The position numbers and the translations under genes were made by a program. DNA of 32,000 nucleotides from an archaeon (GTDB taxonomy: Archaea > Thermoproteota > Nitrososphaeria > Conexivisphaerales > DTJL01): positions 1 to 32,000 of the forward strand of contig JAKAPW010000007.1 of assembly GCA_021811935.1 (NCBI GenBank), in the 5' to 3' direction. Of this stretch, positions 7,182 to 14,941 are shown in pieces. Below the pieces are notes generated by a model. That model was given only the letters and a program-made list of their open reading frames with translations, ran no database searches and was not told the origin of the DNA. Each line of letters starts with the position of its first letter. The first letter of the stretch is position 1.

Positions 7182-7613
7182 TTAGATCGCGATGTCTCGA
7201 ATCGTCCTAGGGTTGACCAACTCTCCAAGACGAAGGAAGTGCTTGTCATCTGTGAGGAATACGTCGAGCTTTGATGCGCGTTCAAGGTTTCGATATGTGG
7301 CTGCGTGAACTGAATCGGAGGCGAAGACGTTGTGCTCCGCGACTATTCTCTCTGCCTCGGCCAATATTTCACGGCTGACCGGCTTGTACTCGACCCTGTG
7401 GCTGCGCATTTCTCTAAGATCGAGTTCGATCAATTCCTTCGGCTTGCCATCCTTTTTCAATGCCCTCGCGACTTCGAGGAAACTCCAGCTTGAGGTGTAT
7501 GCCGACCACGTCCGATCCTTGTCCGTTCTCGATATGATTTCAATCATTTTGTCACTGTCATTTTCGCGCTTGAAGAGCTTCACCAACACGCTCGGTTCCA
7601 GATATAATCTCAA
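7182..7613 (-). CDS. vapC: PIN-domain toxin VapC
   Basis: 143 aa; ...NVFASDSVHAATYRNLERASKLDVFLTDDKHF is PIN-like. The TTG start forms TTGA with the antitoxin stop. Visibly lower GC than the flanks. Confidence 0.85.
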   Translation of the reverse strand: MRLYLEPSVLVKLFKRENDSDKMIEIISRTDKDRTWSAYTSSWSFLEVARALKKDGKPKELIELDLREMRSHRVEYKPVSREILAEAERIVAEHNVFASDSVHAATYRNLERASKLDVFLTDDKHFLRLGELVNPRTIRDIAI

Positions 7614-7867
7614 AAGGCGTCATCTTCTGCGTGTGTCTGCTCTATGAGCTCGCTTGAAATCACCCTGCTCGGGGCTATCAATTCGTTGATAATCTGAAGT
7701 ACTCTGAGCCTCTCCCTGGAAGGAAGACTCAACAGGTTAATGTACAATCTAATGGCCGATCGTACGGCCTCGCTCTTGTTCATGAATCCATATTCCTTCG
7801 AAATCCTCTCTATGAGTCTGGCCTCCCTCTTGGTGAGCTTCGTGGCAACCGAGACAGATTCGGTCAT
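7610..7867 (-). CDS. ribbon-helix-helix (CopG-like) antitoxin
   Basis: ATG 7867 (MTESVSVATKLTKREARLIERISKEYGFMNKSEAVRSAIRLYI) is an RHH pattern. The track start at 7888 is TTG. Confidence 0.8.
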   Translation of the reverse strand: MTESVSVATKLTKREARLIERISKEYGFMNKSEAVRSAIRLYINLLSLPSRERLRVLQIINELIAPSRVISSELIEQTHAEDDAF

Positions 7868-7933
7868 ATGTTTACTGGGGTAAACCAAATGATTAAAACC
7901 TTACTGGTCCTTTCTTGAGGTCTGGTCCTCATG

Positions 7934-8272
7934 CTAGGCAGATTTGGCCTTTCTATGCTCGATCGCCCTTCGGATTTCACTCTCCGCATCGGCCACCGAA
8001 TACTTCAGAGCCACGTTCCTTCTCCTCAGCTCATCGAGGAAATCCCACAGAGATGAACGGGAAATCCCTGCTGACTTCTCCAGGGATGCCTTCCCCTTTA
8101 AGCAAGTATCTACGGCGATGTCCGTCTTTACCTCTTCCATGCCCTTGTACAAGAGTCGCCTCAATAGACTCGATTGGTCTTCTCCTGTCAATTCTTGGAG
8201 CGCCCTCAATTCTTTTCTCAGTTGCCTTGGTACAACAAAGGAGATTCGTTCACTCGACTCTCTCACCCTCAT
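7934..8272 (-). CDS. putative antitoxin: RHH-like N-terminus fused to a UPF0175-like C-terminus
   Basis: ATG 8272 (MRVRESSERISFVVPRQLRKELRALQELTGEDQSSLLRRLL...), then ...KASLEKSAGISRSSLWDFLDELRRRNV. Overlaps the upstream PIN-like gene by 23 nt (71 nt if ATG 8320 is used). Confidence 0.6.
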   Translation of the reverse strand: MRVRESSERISFVVPRQLRKELRALQELTGEDQSSLLRRLLYKGMEEVKTDIAVDTCLKGKASLEKSAGISRSSLWDFLDELRRRNVALKYSVADAESEIRRAIEHRKAKSA

Positions 8273-8759
8273 CCAGGAATTCTTGAACAACGTCGGGAGC
8301 AATCCAGCCCTGCGATGCATAATTCTTTACATTCCTCCTGTAGTCTGTCTTCGGCAGCACCCCATTGACCAACAACTCGAAGAGAAGACCCAGCGTCATC
8401 GCAGTTTCGATTCCATAGAGGGTGGCAACCTGCTTTCCCTTTTGGTCGTCCATCAGCAACCTTTCCTGTCTTTCCACTGCCAAAGCGGTTGCTTCTGCCT
8501 CTCCTCTGCCTACCACCTCAGCCAACTCCCGCGCAACCTTCTCCGATGACGGGCGAGTGAGCTTGGCAACCTTCAGCCATCCCTCCTTCTCGAGTTTCTC
8601 GAGTAGGAGTGCGTCACTATACCCACAGGTTTTCCCCTTCTCAATAGTCTCACGCCTCACACCGCCTGGTACGGTTAACGAAGGAAACGCCTGTCCTACG
8701 CATTGAGGCTTGGCCGGGCGCGCGAGATGAATCAGAGGCCTAGAGTTGCTTATCGGCAA
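8250..8759 (-). CDS. PIN-like nucleic-acid-binding protein (COG2405/DUF3368 type)
   Basis: ISNSRPLIHLAR....FPSLTVPGGVRRETI matches the SPLI.La....L......v.iP..V..E signature of this family. TTG start with no in-frame ATG near the N-terminus. Confidence 0.7.
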   Translation of the reverse strand: MPISNSRPLIHLARPAKPQCVGQAFPSLTVPGGVRRETIEKGKTCGYSDALLLEKLEKEGWLKVAKLTRPSSEKVARELAEVVGRGEAEATALAVERQERLLMDDQKGKQVATLYGIETAMTLGLLFELLVNGVLPKTDYRRNVKNYASQGWIAPDVVQEFLDEGERVE

Positions 8760-8822
8760 TTCATGATTGGGACCTCTGCCTCAGATACAAGTATTATGAA
8801 ATATGAGGACGTAATATCAGAA

Positions 8823-8863
8823 CGGGCCCGGTGGGGCCCAGTATCATCTGATATCGGGCCCGG
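8823..8863. repeat. 13-nt copy of the tRNA-Arg 3'-end core (cgggcccggtggg) overlapping a 30-nt imperfect palindrome
   Basis: 8823-8835 equals 15142-15154. The palindrome gggcccagtatcaTCtgataTcgggcccgg (8834-8863) is 27/30 identical to 14344-14373. Confidence 0.7.
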
Positions 8864-9032
8864 CTCTGTAGAAACCCTACGCTCAGAAATCAAGCCTGAC
8901 CAAGCTTTCTGCTTCGGAAGGTCTGAAATAATTCTCCGAGCGGGATATCGGTGATTCCCTCCCTCCCGATGGATGTTGACGAGACAAACCGGGAAGGATG
9001 AGGAAGAGGAAGGGAAGCGTCGGGAGAGCAAG

Positions 9033-9874
9033 ATGGTGAAGGCAATCTTCAGGGTCTGCAGAAGGCAGCATATACCCCTCTATTCCAGGAAGGCCCTGTG
9101 GCAGCACATAGCCCTGGTCGCATTGATGCAGAGGGTCAGGGAGTATACCGACGACTTCCTGACTGTGGCGGACGGGCTGGTGTCCGCCCTCGACTCCCCC
9201 ATTTCACGACCATAGAGAAGTTCGTGCTGAGGCCGCGCTCCTAGAGAGGGCCCTGGGCGGGTTCGTCCGCCTCAAGAGGGTCAGGTACCAGGTCTTCTCC
9301 CCCGACTCCTCGGGCTTCTCCCCTCATCACCTCCCCCTACTAAGTCGTCAGGACGAAGAAGGACATCCTCTCGGGGATGGAGAAGCAGGTCGGGCAGAAG
9401 GAGAGGAGTGATGACCAGGACGAGGACGAAACGCTTCGTCAAGCTCACCATCTGAACCGAGTTGAGGACCCAGCTCGTCACGTCGATCAAGGTAAGGAGA
9501 GGGCCGGCGAACGACAACAGGGATTTCGAGCCCGTGGTGAGGAGGGCCCATCAGGCTGGGCATCGGCGACAAGGGCTACGACTCCGAGAAGAACCACGGG
9601 AGGGAGGAGCTCCATGCGACGTCCATGATCCCGGCCAGGACGTCCCCGTCTGGAGGACGAATGGGAGGTACAGGAAGGAGATGAAGAGGGCGAAGAAGAA
9701 GTACCACCAGAGGTCGAAGGCGGAGACGGTCTTCTCCGTCATCAAGAGGACGACGTCAGGTCGGTGAAGGTGAAGGCAACGAGATGAGGCTGAAAATAAT
9801 TTCCTGCAACGCTGCGAGGATAGTGAGCCTCGCCTATTCTTTGTTCGCAGGGTTTCTACGGAGCCACGGTATAG
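9033..9874 (+). pseudogene. decayed DDE transposase (IS4/IS5-superfamily), multiple frameshifts
   Basis: Motifs are scattered over three frames. They are PHFTTIEKF, DSSGFS (first D region), GDKGYDSEKNH (second D), and YHQRSKAETVFSVIKR (E region). A C-terminal LKIISCNAARIV tail follows. Several stops interrupt the reading. Confidence 0.7.
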
Positions 9875-9900
9875 GGAACACTATATATAGCATTGGCTAT

Positions 9901-11052
9901 ATGACCATGCTCATGACCGCCCTGAAGCTCCCTGAGGTTATCGACAGGCAGGAGGAGGTAAGGGAACTGCTGGAGTCATTGTCCAGCAGGAAGAAGAGCG
10001 TGAACTACGCCCTGATCGGTCCGAGGCAGATTGGAAAGACCACCATCCTTCGCGAGCTCAGAAAGCGGCTCGAAGAGAAGGGCGTCGTCGCGGTCCATCT
10101 CGACTTCGGCGTCTACAGGTACGCGCCAATCGACTTCCCAGAGGCACTGATCAAGAACCTCCTCAACGAGTACGCGAGCCAGTCAGGCACGCTTGAGAAG
10201 GTGATTGCGAGGGCCACGGGTCTGTTCTCGGGACTGAAGGGCTTGAAGCACGTGAGGCCAGTCTTTGAGATAGGGACCGACCAGCCTCCGTCCGTCATGG
10301 TGCACCTGGAGCGGGTGGAATCCAACCCGAGGGAAGGGCTGGAGCTGGCCTTCAGATATGCCGATGGCCTGGCCAAAGACAGCGGCAGGAAGGTCGTCGT
10401 TATACTCGACGAGTTTCAGCATTTCGTCGAGTTCGACTCCCAGCCCAAACTCAGGGGAGCGCTCGACGTCTTCAGAGCGGCGGTAGACGCTCGCGGTGAC
10501 GTCTCATACGTAGTGAGCGGTTCCCGCGTGCACTTCCTGAGGGACGTTCTGGAGAATGGCCGGAGCCCGCTCTTCGGGCGGTTCAACATAAAGGAGGTAG
10601 GAGGGCTCGGGGAGAGATATGCGAAGGAGCTGTTCATGAAAGCGTCTGGGGCCGCCGAAGGTGACGCTGGTGAGGCGTACGGTCTCGTGGGCGGTCATCC
10701 ATTCTACCTGCTTGCGCTGGCGGAGAACAGGAAGGCCGGCGAAAGAGTCGCGGCAACGTATGACCGATTGCTCACCTCTCCAACTGGCGCGTTACGAATG
10801 TACGCCAACTACATCCTGGCCGAAGACCTGGGACCGGGGACCGGGGGGGCCAGGTTCGTCAAGGTATTGAGAGCACTGGGCCCCGGGCCACTCGCAGTCT
10901 CTTCCATTTCGAAGTCTACCGGGATAAAGCTGACCAACCTCCCTTGGTATCTGGGAAGGCTGATCGAGTACGACCTGATAGGGAAGAAGGACGGCGAATA
11001 CTCGATTGAGGACAGGGTCATTCGAGATTACTTCGCGAAAGCAAGTGCATAG
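9901..11052 (+). CDS. archaeal ATPase family protein (Arch_ATPase/COG1672-like AAA with C-terminal wHTH)
   Basis: Walker A IGPRQIGKTT and Walker B VVVILDEFQ. GGHPFYL, then C-terminal ...SISKSTGIKLTNLPWYLGRLIEYDLIGK. ATGs at 9901/9907/9913 lie downstream of the TATA ctatatatag (9881-9890). The track N-terminus (9784-9900) is the tail of the decayed transposase. Confidence 0.85.
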   Translation: MTMLMTALKLPEVIDRQEEVRELLESLSSRKKSVNYALIGPRQIGKTTILRELRKRLEEKGVVAVHLDFGVYRYAPIDFPEALIKNLLNEYASQSGTLEKVIARATGLFSGLKGLKHVRPVFEIGTDQPPSVMVHLERVESNPREGLELAFRYADGLAKDSGRKVVVILDEFQHFVEFDSQPKLRGALDVFRAAVDARGDVSYVVSGSRVHFLRDVLENGRSPLFGRFNIKEVGGLGERYAKELFMKASGAAEGDAGEAYGLVGGHPFYLLALAENRKAGERVAATYDRLLTSPTGALRMYANYILAEDLGPGTGGARFVKVLRALGPGPLAVSSISKSTGIKLTNLPWYLGRLIEYDLIGKKDGEYSIEDRVIRDYFAKASA

Positions 11053-11242
11053 GCTGTCCAATATATAGGGGGAGCTATATGTCGTTGCGGATGTTCTTCT
11101 CCTTTTCCCTGTGCTTTTTGAACCTTTTTCCGAGGACCTAGCCTCAGACTCCTTGGCGACCCCCTTGTACCGACCTCGCGGCTTACTCCTCGACATCCCT
11201 TATCGGCACCTTCGAGAATATCGACTTGAGCCTGTTGACCAC

Positions 11243-11425
11243 TCACCTGGGGCGACCCTTGACGAATATCGTCTCAGCCTCCTGGAGCACCACCGCGTCC
11301 TCGGCAGCCACCACGATCAGCCTCGTTCCGGGCCTCGGGCGCAGCCTCTCCCTGACCTCAAGCGGTATCTGGACCGGACCTTTGGGCAGGACCTTCGAGA
11401 CGGCCACGACCGGATCGTCTGGCAA
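11243..11425 (-). CDS. AbrB/SpoVT-fold antitoxin-like protein (orphan)
   Basis: VSKVLPKGPVQIPLEVRERLRPRPGTRLIVVAAEDAVVL is an AbrB swapped-hairpin pattern. The start is ambiguous (TTG 11425 or GTG 11407). No recognisable toxin partner. Confidence 0.6.
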   Translation of the reverse strand: MPDDPVVAVSKVLPKGPVQIPLEVRERLRPRPGTRLIVVAAEDAVVLQEAETIFVKGRPR

Positions 11426-11660
11426 TCGACCGTCACCTGTGTCTCTGATTCCTCAACTTCACCATTTCAGCCTCCAAGAACCTGTTGTCGCCTTCGTTTT
11501 CTGTTGGCCGATAATCCTTACGTAAGGCTACCGTTTTCTCCATTTTGAGGGCGGAGAATGCCCGCACGAGTTGCCAATCGGGTTTCGGCCAAGAAGAACA
11601 TAAGCAATTGCCCTCATCGGGCTTTGACTGACCGGTAATTCGTTCGGCCTGGTCCTGCCT

Positions 11661-11693
11661 GGCGGCTCCCATGTCAGGACAGGGGGAGCCGCC
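11661..11693 (+). other. perfect 10-bp stem-loop GGCGGCTCCC-(13 nt)-GGGAGCCGCC in the IS110 5' non-coding region
   Basis: Read directly from the sequence, 113 nt upstream of the transposase ATG. A 12-nt palindrome ccttacgtaagg lies at 11516-11527. Confidence 0.6.
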
Positions 11694-11805
11694 GCTGCCC
11701 ATCGCGACAAGAATGGTGAGAGATATGGCGGCAGGAAAAGGATACGGGAAAAGGGTGAAGAGCACGGGCAACCATTCCCCAGGGCGGTCCAGGATGCCCA
11801 ACAGC

Positions 11806-12891
11806 ATGGCGTGCGGGATAGACATTGGAGACAGCACGAGCCTCGCCAGCGTTTATTCACCGTCCGGCGAGCTCGTGGACAGGTTCGAGTTCGAGATGAA
11901 CTCGAAGGGGTACGAGTTCGCCTCGATGAGGGTTCCGAAGGAGGCGAGGATAGCCTGCGAGGCCACGGGGATGACCTATCCCCTGGTCAGGGCGCTCGAG
12001 GGGTACGGGTACGACGTCACGGTCGCCAACCCCAAGCAGCTGAAGTGGATAGTGAAGAGCAAGAAGAAGAGCGACAAAGTGGACTCGGAGAAGCTGGCAA
12101 GGCTTCTTATGGTGGGTATGCTGCCGGAGGCGCACCTTATGAGCAGGGAGGAGCAGCGGACGAGGGACCTCCTCGTGCAGAGGGTCCTGCTCGGCCGTGA
12201 GATCGGGAGGATGAAGGCGAGGATACTGAGCTACCTGAAGAGGGAGGGGCTGAACGAGGGCCTGCCGAAGACGGAGGACAACTTCTCCGTCGCGAGGAGG
12301 AACGCCATCCGCTCCCTGGAGTTCGACGACGTGAGGTACCTCGTTATGAAGACGATGATGGACGGGCTGGAGTTCCTGGAAGGGCAGTGCCCTCCTCTGG
12401 AGCTGGAGATAAAGAAGTTCGCCAGGGAGAGCGAGGGCGTGAAGATCCTGATGTCGATAGGTGGAGTGGACTACTATTCGGCCTCCCTCTACTCCTCCAT
12501 AATCGGCGACGTAAACAGGTACCCGGACGACGACCACCTGGCCAGCTACCTCGGCGTGATACCGGCGGAGGGCGAGAGCTCGGGCGTGAAGAGGGTGGGG
12601 AAGATGTCCAAGGACGGCCCCTCCCTCGGAAGGTGGGTGCTGGACATAATGGCAGGCAACGCGGTCAGGTACAACCCTCCCATCAGGCAGTACTATCAGT
12701 CCGCCCTGAGGAGGACGGGGAGGGCCAAGAAGGCGAAGGTCCTGACTATGAGGAAGCTCGTCAGGATGACGTATTTCATGCTCAAGAAGCGGGAGAACTG
12801 GAAGTACGAGAAGAGGGAGCTGACGGAAGGGAAGCTGTCCAGACTTCGCAGCACGGGCAGAGATGGTGACGACGAAGGGGGTGACACATAA
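11806..12891 (+). CDS. IS110-family (DEDD) transposase
   Basis: MACGIDIGDSTS... opens an N-terminal RuvC-like DEDD domain (ACEATG, KSDKVDSEKLARLL). C-terminal Transposase_20-type motif GGVDYYSASLYSSIIGDVNRYPDDDHLASYLGVIPAEGESSG. The reading frame is intact. Confidence 0.9.
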   Translation: MACGIDIGDSTSLASVYSPSGELVDRFEFEMNSKGYEFASMRVPKEARIACEATGMTYPLVRALEGYGYDVTVANPKQLKWIVKSKKKSDKVDSEKLARLLMVGMLPEAHLMSREEQRTRDLLVQRVLLGREIGRMKARILSYLKREGLNEGLPKTEDNFSVARRNAIRSLEFDDVRYLVMKTMMDGLEFLEGQCPPLELEIKKFARESEGVKILMSIGGVDYYSASLYSSIIGDVNRYPDDDHLASYLGVIPAEGESSGVKRVGKMSKDGPSLGRWVLDIMAGNAVRYNPPIRQYYQSALRRTGRAKKAKVLTMRKLVRMTYFMLKKRENWKYEKRELTEGKLSRLRSTGRDGDDEGGDT

Positions 12892-13197
12892 GCCCCGGAG
12901 TAACGCGGGATCGAGCGTCGGGCCCAACCGCTCTTGCGTCCCTGAGCCTCCGAGCTCTTGGCTTTGAATGCGGAGTCCCGCCTCCGCTGAATCGTCAGGT
13001 TGCGCAGCCAAAGGGGCGAGCGCTTGTGGTTGGTTGCGGAAAAGGTGGGGCAGGCCCGAACGCTACCCCGCGCTCCAAAGGGGAAGGAATAAAGCCGCGA
13101 TGGTGCAACCCTCGTGTAGCACGGGCAGAGGGAGACAGAGCGGGTCCACCGAACGAATTACGTGGTTGGCACGCAACATAATTTGGGCCTTCTGACG

Positions 13198-14304
13198 ATG
13201 TCTCTTGACCTTGATTCCTATCAAGCGTATCGTCGTTTGATGCATCCGATGGTCAAGAAAGGTCAGTGGCACGACTACGAGGACGGGAAGAAGAAGGAGT
13301 ACGGAGAGTTCGTTAGGAAGGCGAGGGAATTCGCGTACGCCCGGCCGGCGCCACCGATCTACTACAACACGACCCCCAAAGGGCCGAACAAGAACGACGC
13401 CAGGGCCGTCCTCGTCTGCCTCCTCCTCAAGATATGGCTCGGCAAGCCATATCGAGACCTCGTCTCCTTCCTGGCCGACGGCACATACCTCTGGCCCATC
13501 ATCGGCCTGGGAGTCCTCCCCGGAAGGATGGACCTGCAGAGGGCGATGAACCGTCTCACAAGGGAGTACCTCGACTCGCTCGACTCGTTCATCGTCGGGC
13601 AGGGCTACCGTGGGGAACCCGAAGGATCTGCGCCATAGACAGCACCGACTTCTCGATCTGGAGGTACGCGAGGTGGCTCGGCGTGAGGCACGGCCGAAGG
13701 AAGGACTTCCTCAAGCTCCACTTCGTCGTCGACCGCAGGAGCCTCCTGATCCTCTCCTTCAAGGTCACCCCTCCGTTCAAGGCAGATTCGAAGCAGGTGG
13801 AGGAGCTCCTGAAGTTCATCGGCCGGTTGGGCAGGCTCTGCGCGGACAAGGCCTACCTCTCCCGGAAGATATGCGACCTCATAGCCAGGCACGGCGGGAT
13901 GCCGTACATCTCCATCAAGAAGATCAGGGCGAAGGGCTCGAAGGCAGATGCTGGTGATGCACCGACGGAGCAGGAAGCTCTACAAGCGCTACCGCAGGAG
14001 GAGCCTGGCGGAGACCGCGGTGTCGACGGTGAAGAGGAGGGCGCAGAAGAACGAGCTCGGGCTGAAGGACCTCTCCATCACAGCAAGGCTGCCGGCGAAG
14101 TTCGGCCAGCCGGCTCCACCACCCATAGAGGGGCGGTCGCCTCGGGTCCAGACGGCGTTCTGCGCCGATCGGGCTCTCAGGGCGAAGGCAGAAGGAGACG
14201 GACGGGGCGGAATCACCCACGACAAAAACTGTCCGCGAACCCAAGATGGAGACGATCGATATCGGCCGGGTCCGTTCGGGCGTTCAGTGCCAAAGCTTCA
14301 GTGA
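13198..14304 (+). pseudogene. second, unrelated decayed DDE transposase (IS4/IS5-like), at least two frameshifts
   Basis: The N-terminal part (from ATG 13198) is in frame 1 and stops at 13636. ICAIDSTDFS ... CADKAYLS are in frame 0. RRSLAETAVSTVKRR (E region) is back in frame 1 from about 13948. No slippery site is visible at either junction. Confidence 0.7.
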
Positions 14305-14343
14305 CATGACGACAACAGCATCCCACGCCGATTCCGAAAAACA

Positions 14344-14382
14344 GGGCCCAGTATCAAATGATAGCGGGCCCGGTGGGATTCG
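14344..14382. repeat. palindrome copy plus 19-nt exact direct repeat of the tRNA-Arg 3' end (att-like)
   Basis: 14364-14382 (gcgggcccggtgggattcg) is identical to 15141-15159. With flanks, 14360-14382 matches 15137-15159 at 22/23 positions. The palindrome 14344-14373 matches 8834-8863. Confidence 0.75.
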
Positions 14383-14548
14383 GTTAATTATCTAAGCGAA
14401 TCCTATCTCGAATCCCAGTTACGGGAGGTTCGAAAATTGTCTTCAGATCGTCAGACCTTTTGATCGGGATCCTTACAATTGCCCAATTTGCTCTAGGAAT
14501 GCGCGTTCCTCCTCGATTATCTTAAGGACACGCCTCTCGAATTCGCCC

Positions 14549-14941
14549 TTAACCACGGGTAAATCTCTTGACTGCACGTCCCTTCAGCCATGACTTCACT
14601 TCCAACGCCGTATAAAACCCTTCGCGGATGCTTTGTAGAATCTTCGGGTCATGTTCGACAATCATCTTCTCCCCGTTGAGTTCGAGGAAGAGTTTGGTCG
14701 CAACAAATGCAGTCCTTCTGTTACCGCTTGCAAATGGATGACCTTGGATAAGTCCGATGATAAGCGCCGTCGCCTTGTCATAGAGGTCTCCTTCTGTTTC
14801 ACGTACTCTCGTCGAGATGTTCTCCAGTTTTGCCCTCGACAAAACCCGGGGACGATCCGCTTTCCGAACCTTGATTTCGCGGAGCACCAGCTCGTTCACC
14901 CTTGCCAGTTTTTCTGAATCGAGATAGCGGTGTTCGGACAT
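14549..14941 (-). CDS. doc: Doc (death-on-curing) / Fic-family toxin
   Basis: GHPFASGNRRTAFVA matches the Doc variant of the Fic motif (HxFx[D/N][A/G]N[K/R]R). 130 aa from ATG 14941, similar in length to phage P1 Doc. The track ORF adds 37 in-frame residues upstream. Confidence 0.85.
   Translation of the reverse strand: MSEHRYLDSEKLARVNELVLREIKVRKADRPRVLSRAKLENISTRVRETEGDLYDKATALIIGLIQGHPFASGNRRTAFVATKLFLELNGEKMIVEHDPKILQSIREGFYTALEVKSWLKGRAVKRFTRG

Larger units (their letters stand above)
11430..12960 (+). mobile_element. IS110-family insertion sequence (boundaries approximate)
   Basis: Intact transposase plus about 370 nt of structured upstream non-coding DNA. The family lacks classical terminal inverted repeats, so the ends cannot be read off directly. 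Confidence 0.45.

Noticed and set aside
8823-8863. The two cgggcccgg 9-mers (8823-8831 and 8855-8863), read as a target-site duplication around a mini-insertion.
   Set aside because: The intervening 23 nt is too short for an element. GGGCCC-containing 9-mers are self-complementary and expected at both arms of the palindrome anyway.
8938-8952. Additional gatatcgg 8-mers (8944-8951 and 14260-14267) near the island edges, considered as extra repeat copies.
   Set aside because: An 8-mer built on the palindromic GATATC is expected by chance about once in this window. The similarity does not extend beyond 8-9 nt.
12892-13197. RNase P RNA, SRP RNA or a group II intron fragment in the GC-rich non-coding stretch.
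   Set aside because: I found none of the conserved motifs I can recall for these RNAs (for example the RNase P GGAAAGUCC-type core, the SRP helix 8 GNAR loop context, or the domain V consensus). It is kept only as an unassigned region.
13600-13950. Programmed ribosomal frameshifting to explain the split transposase B.
   Set aside because: Two shifts in opposite directions would be required, and neither junction has a slippery heptamer or A-run. Decay or assembly error is more likely.
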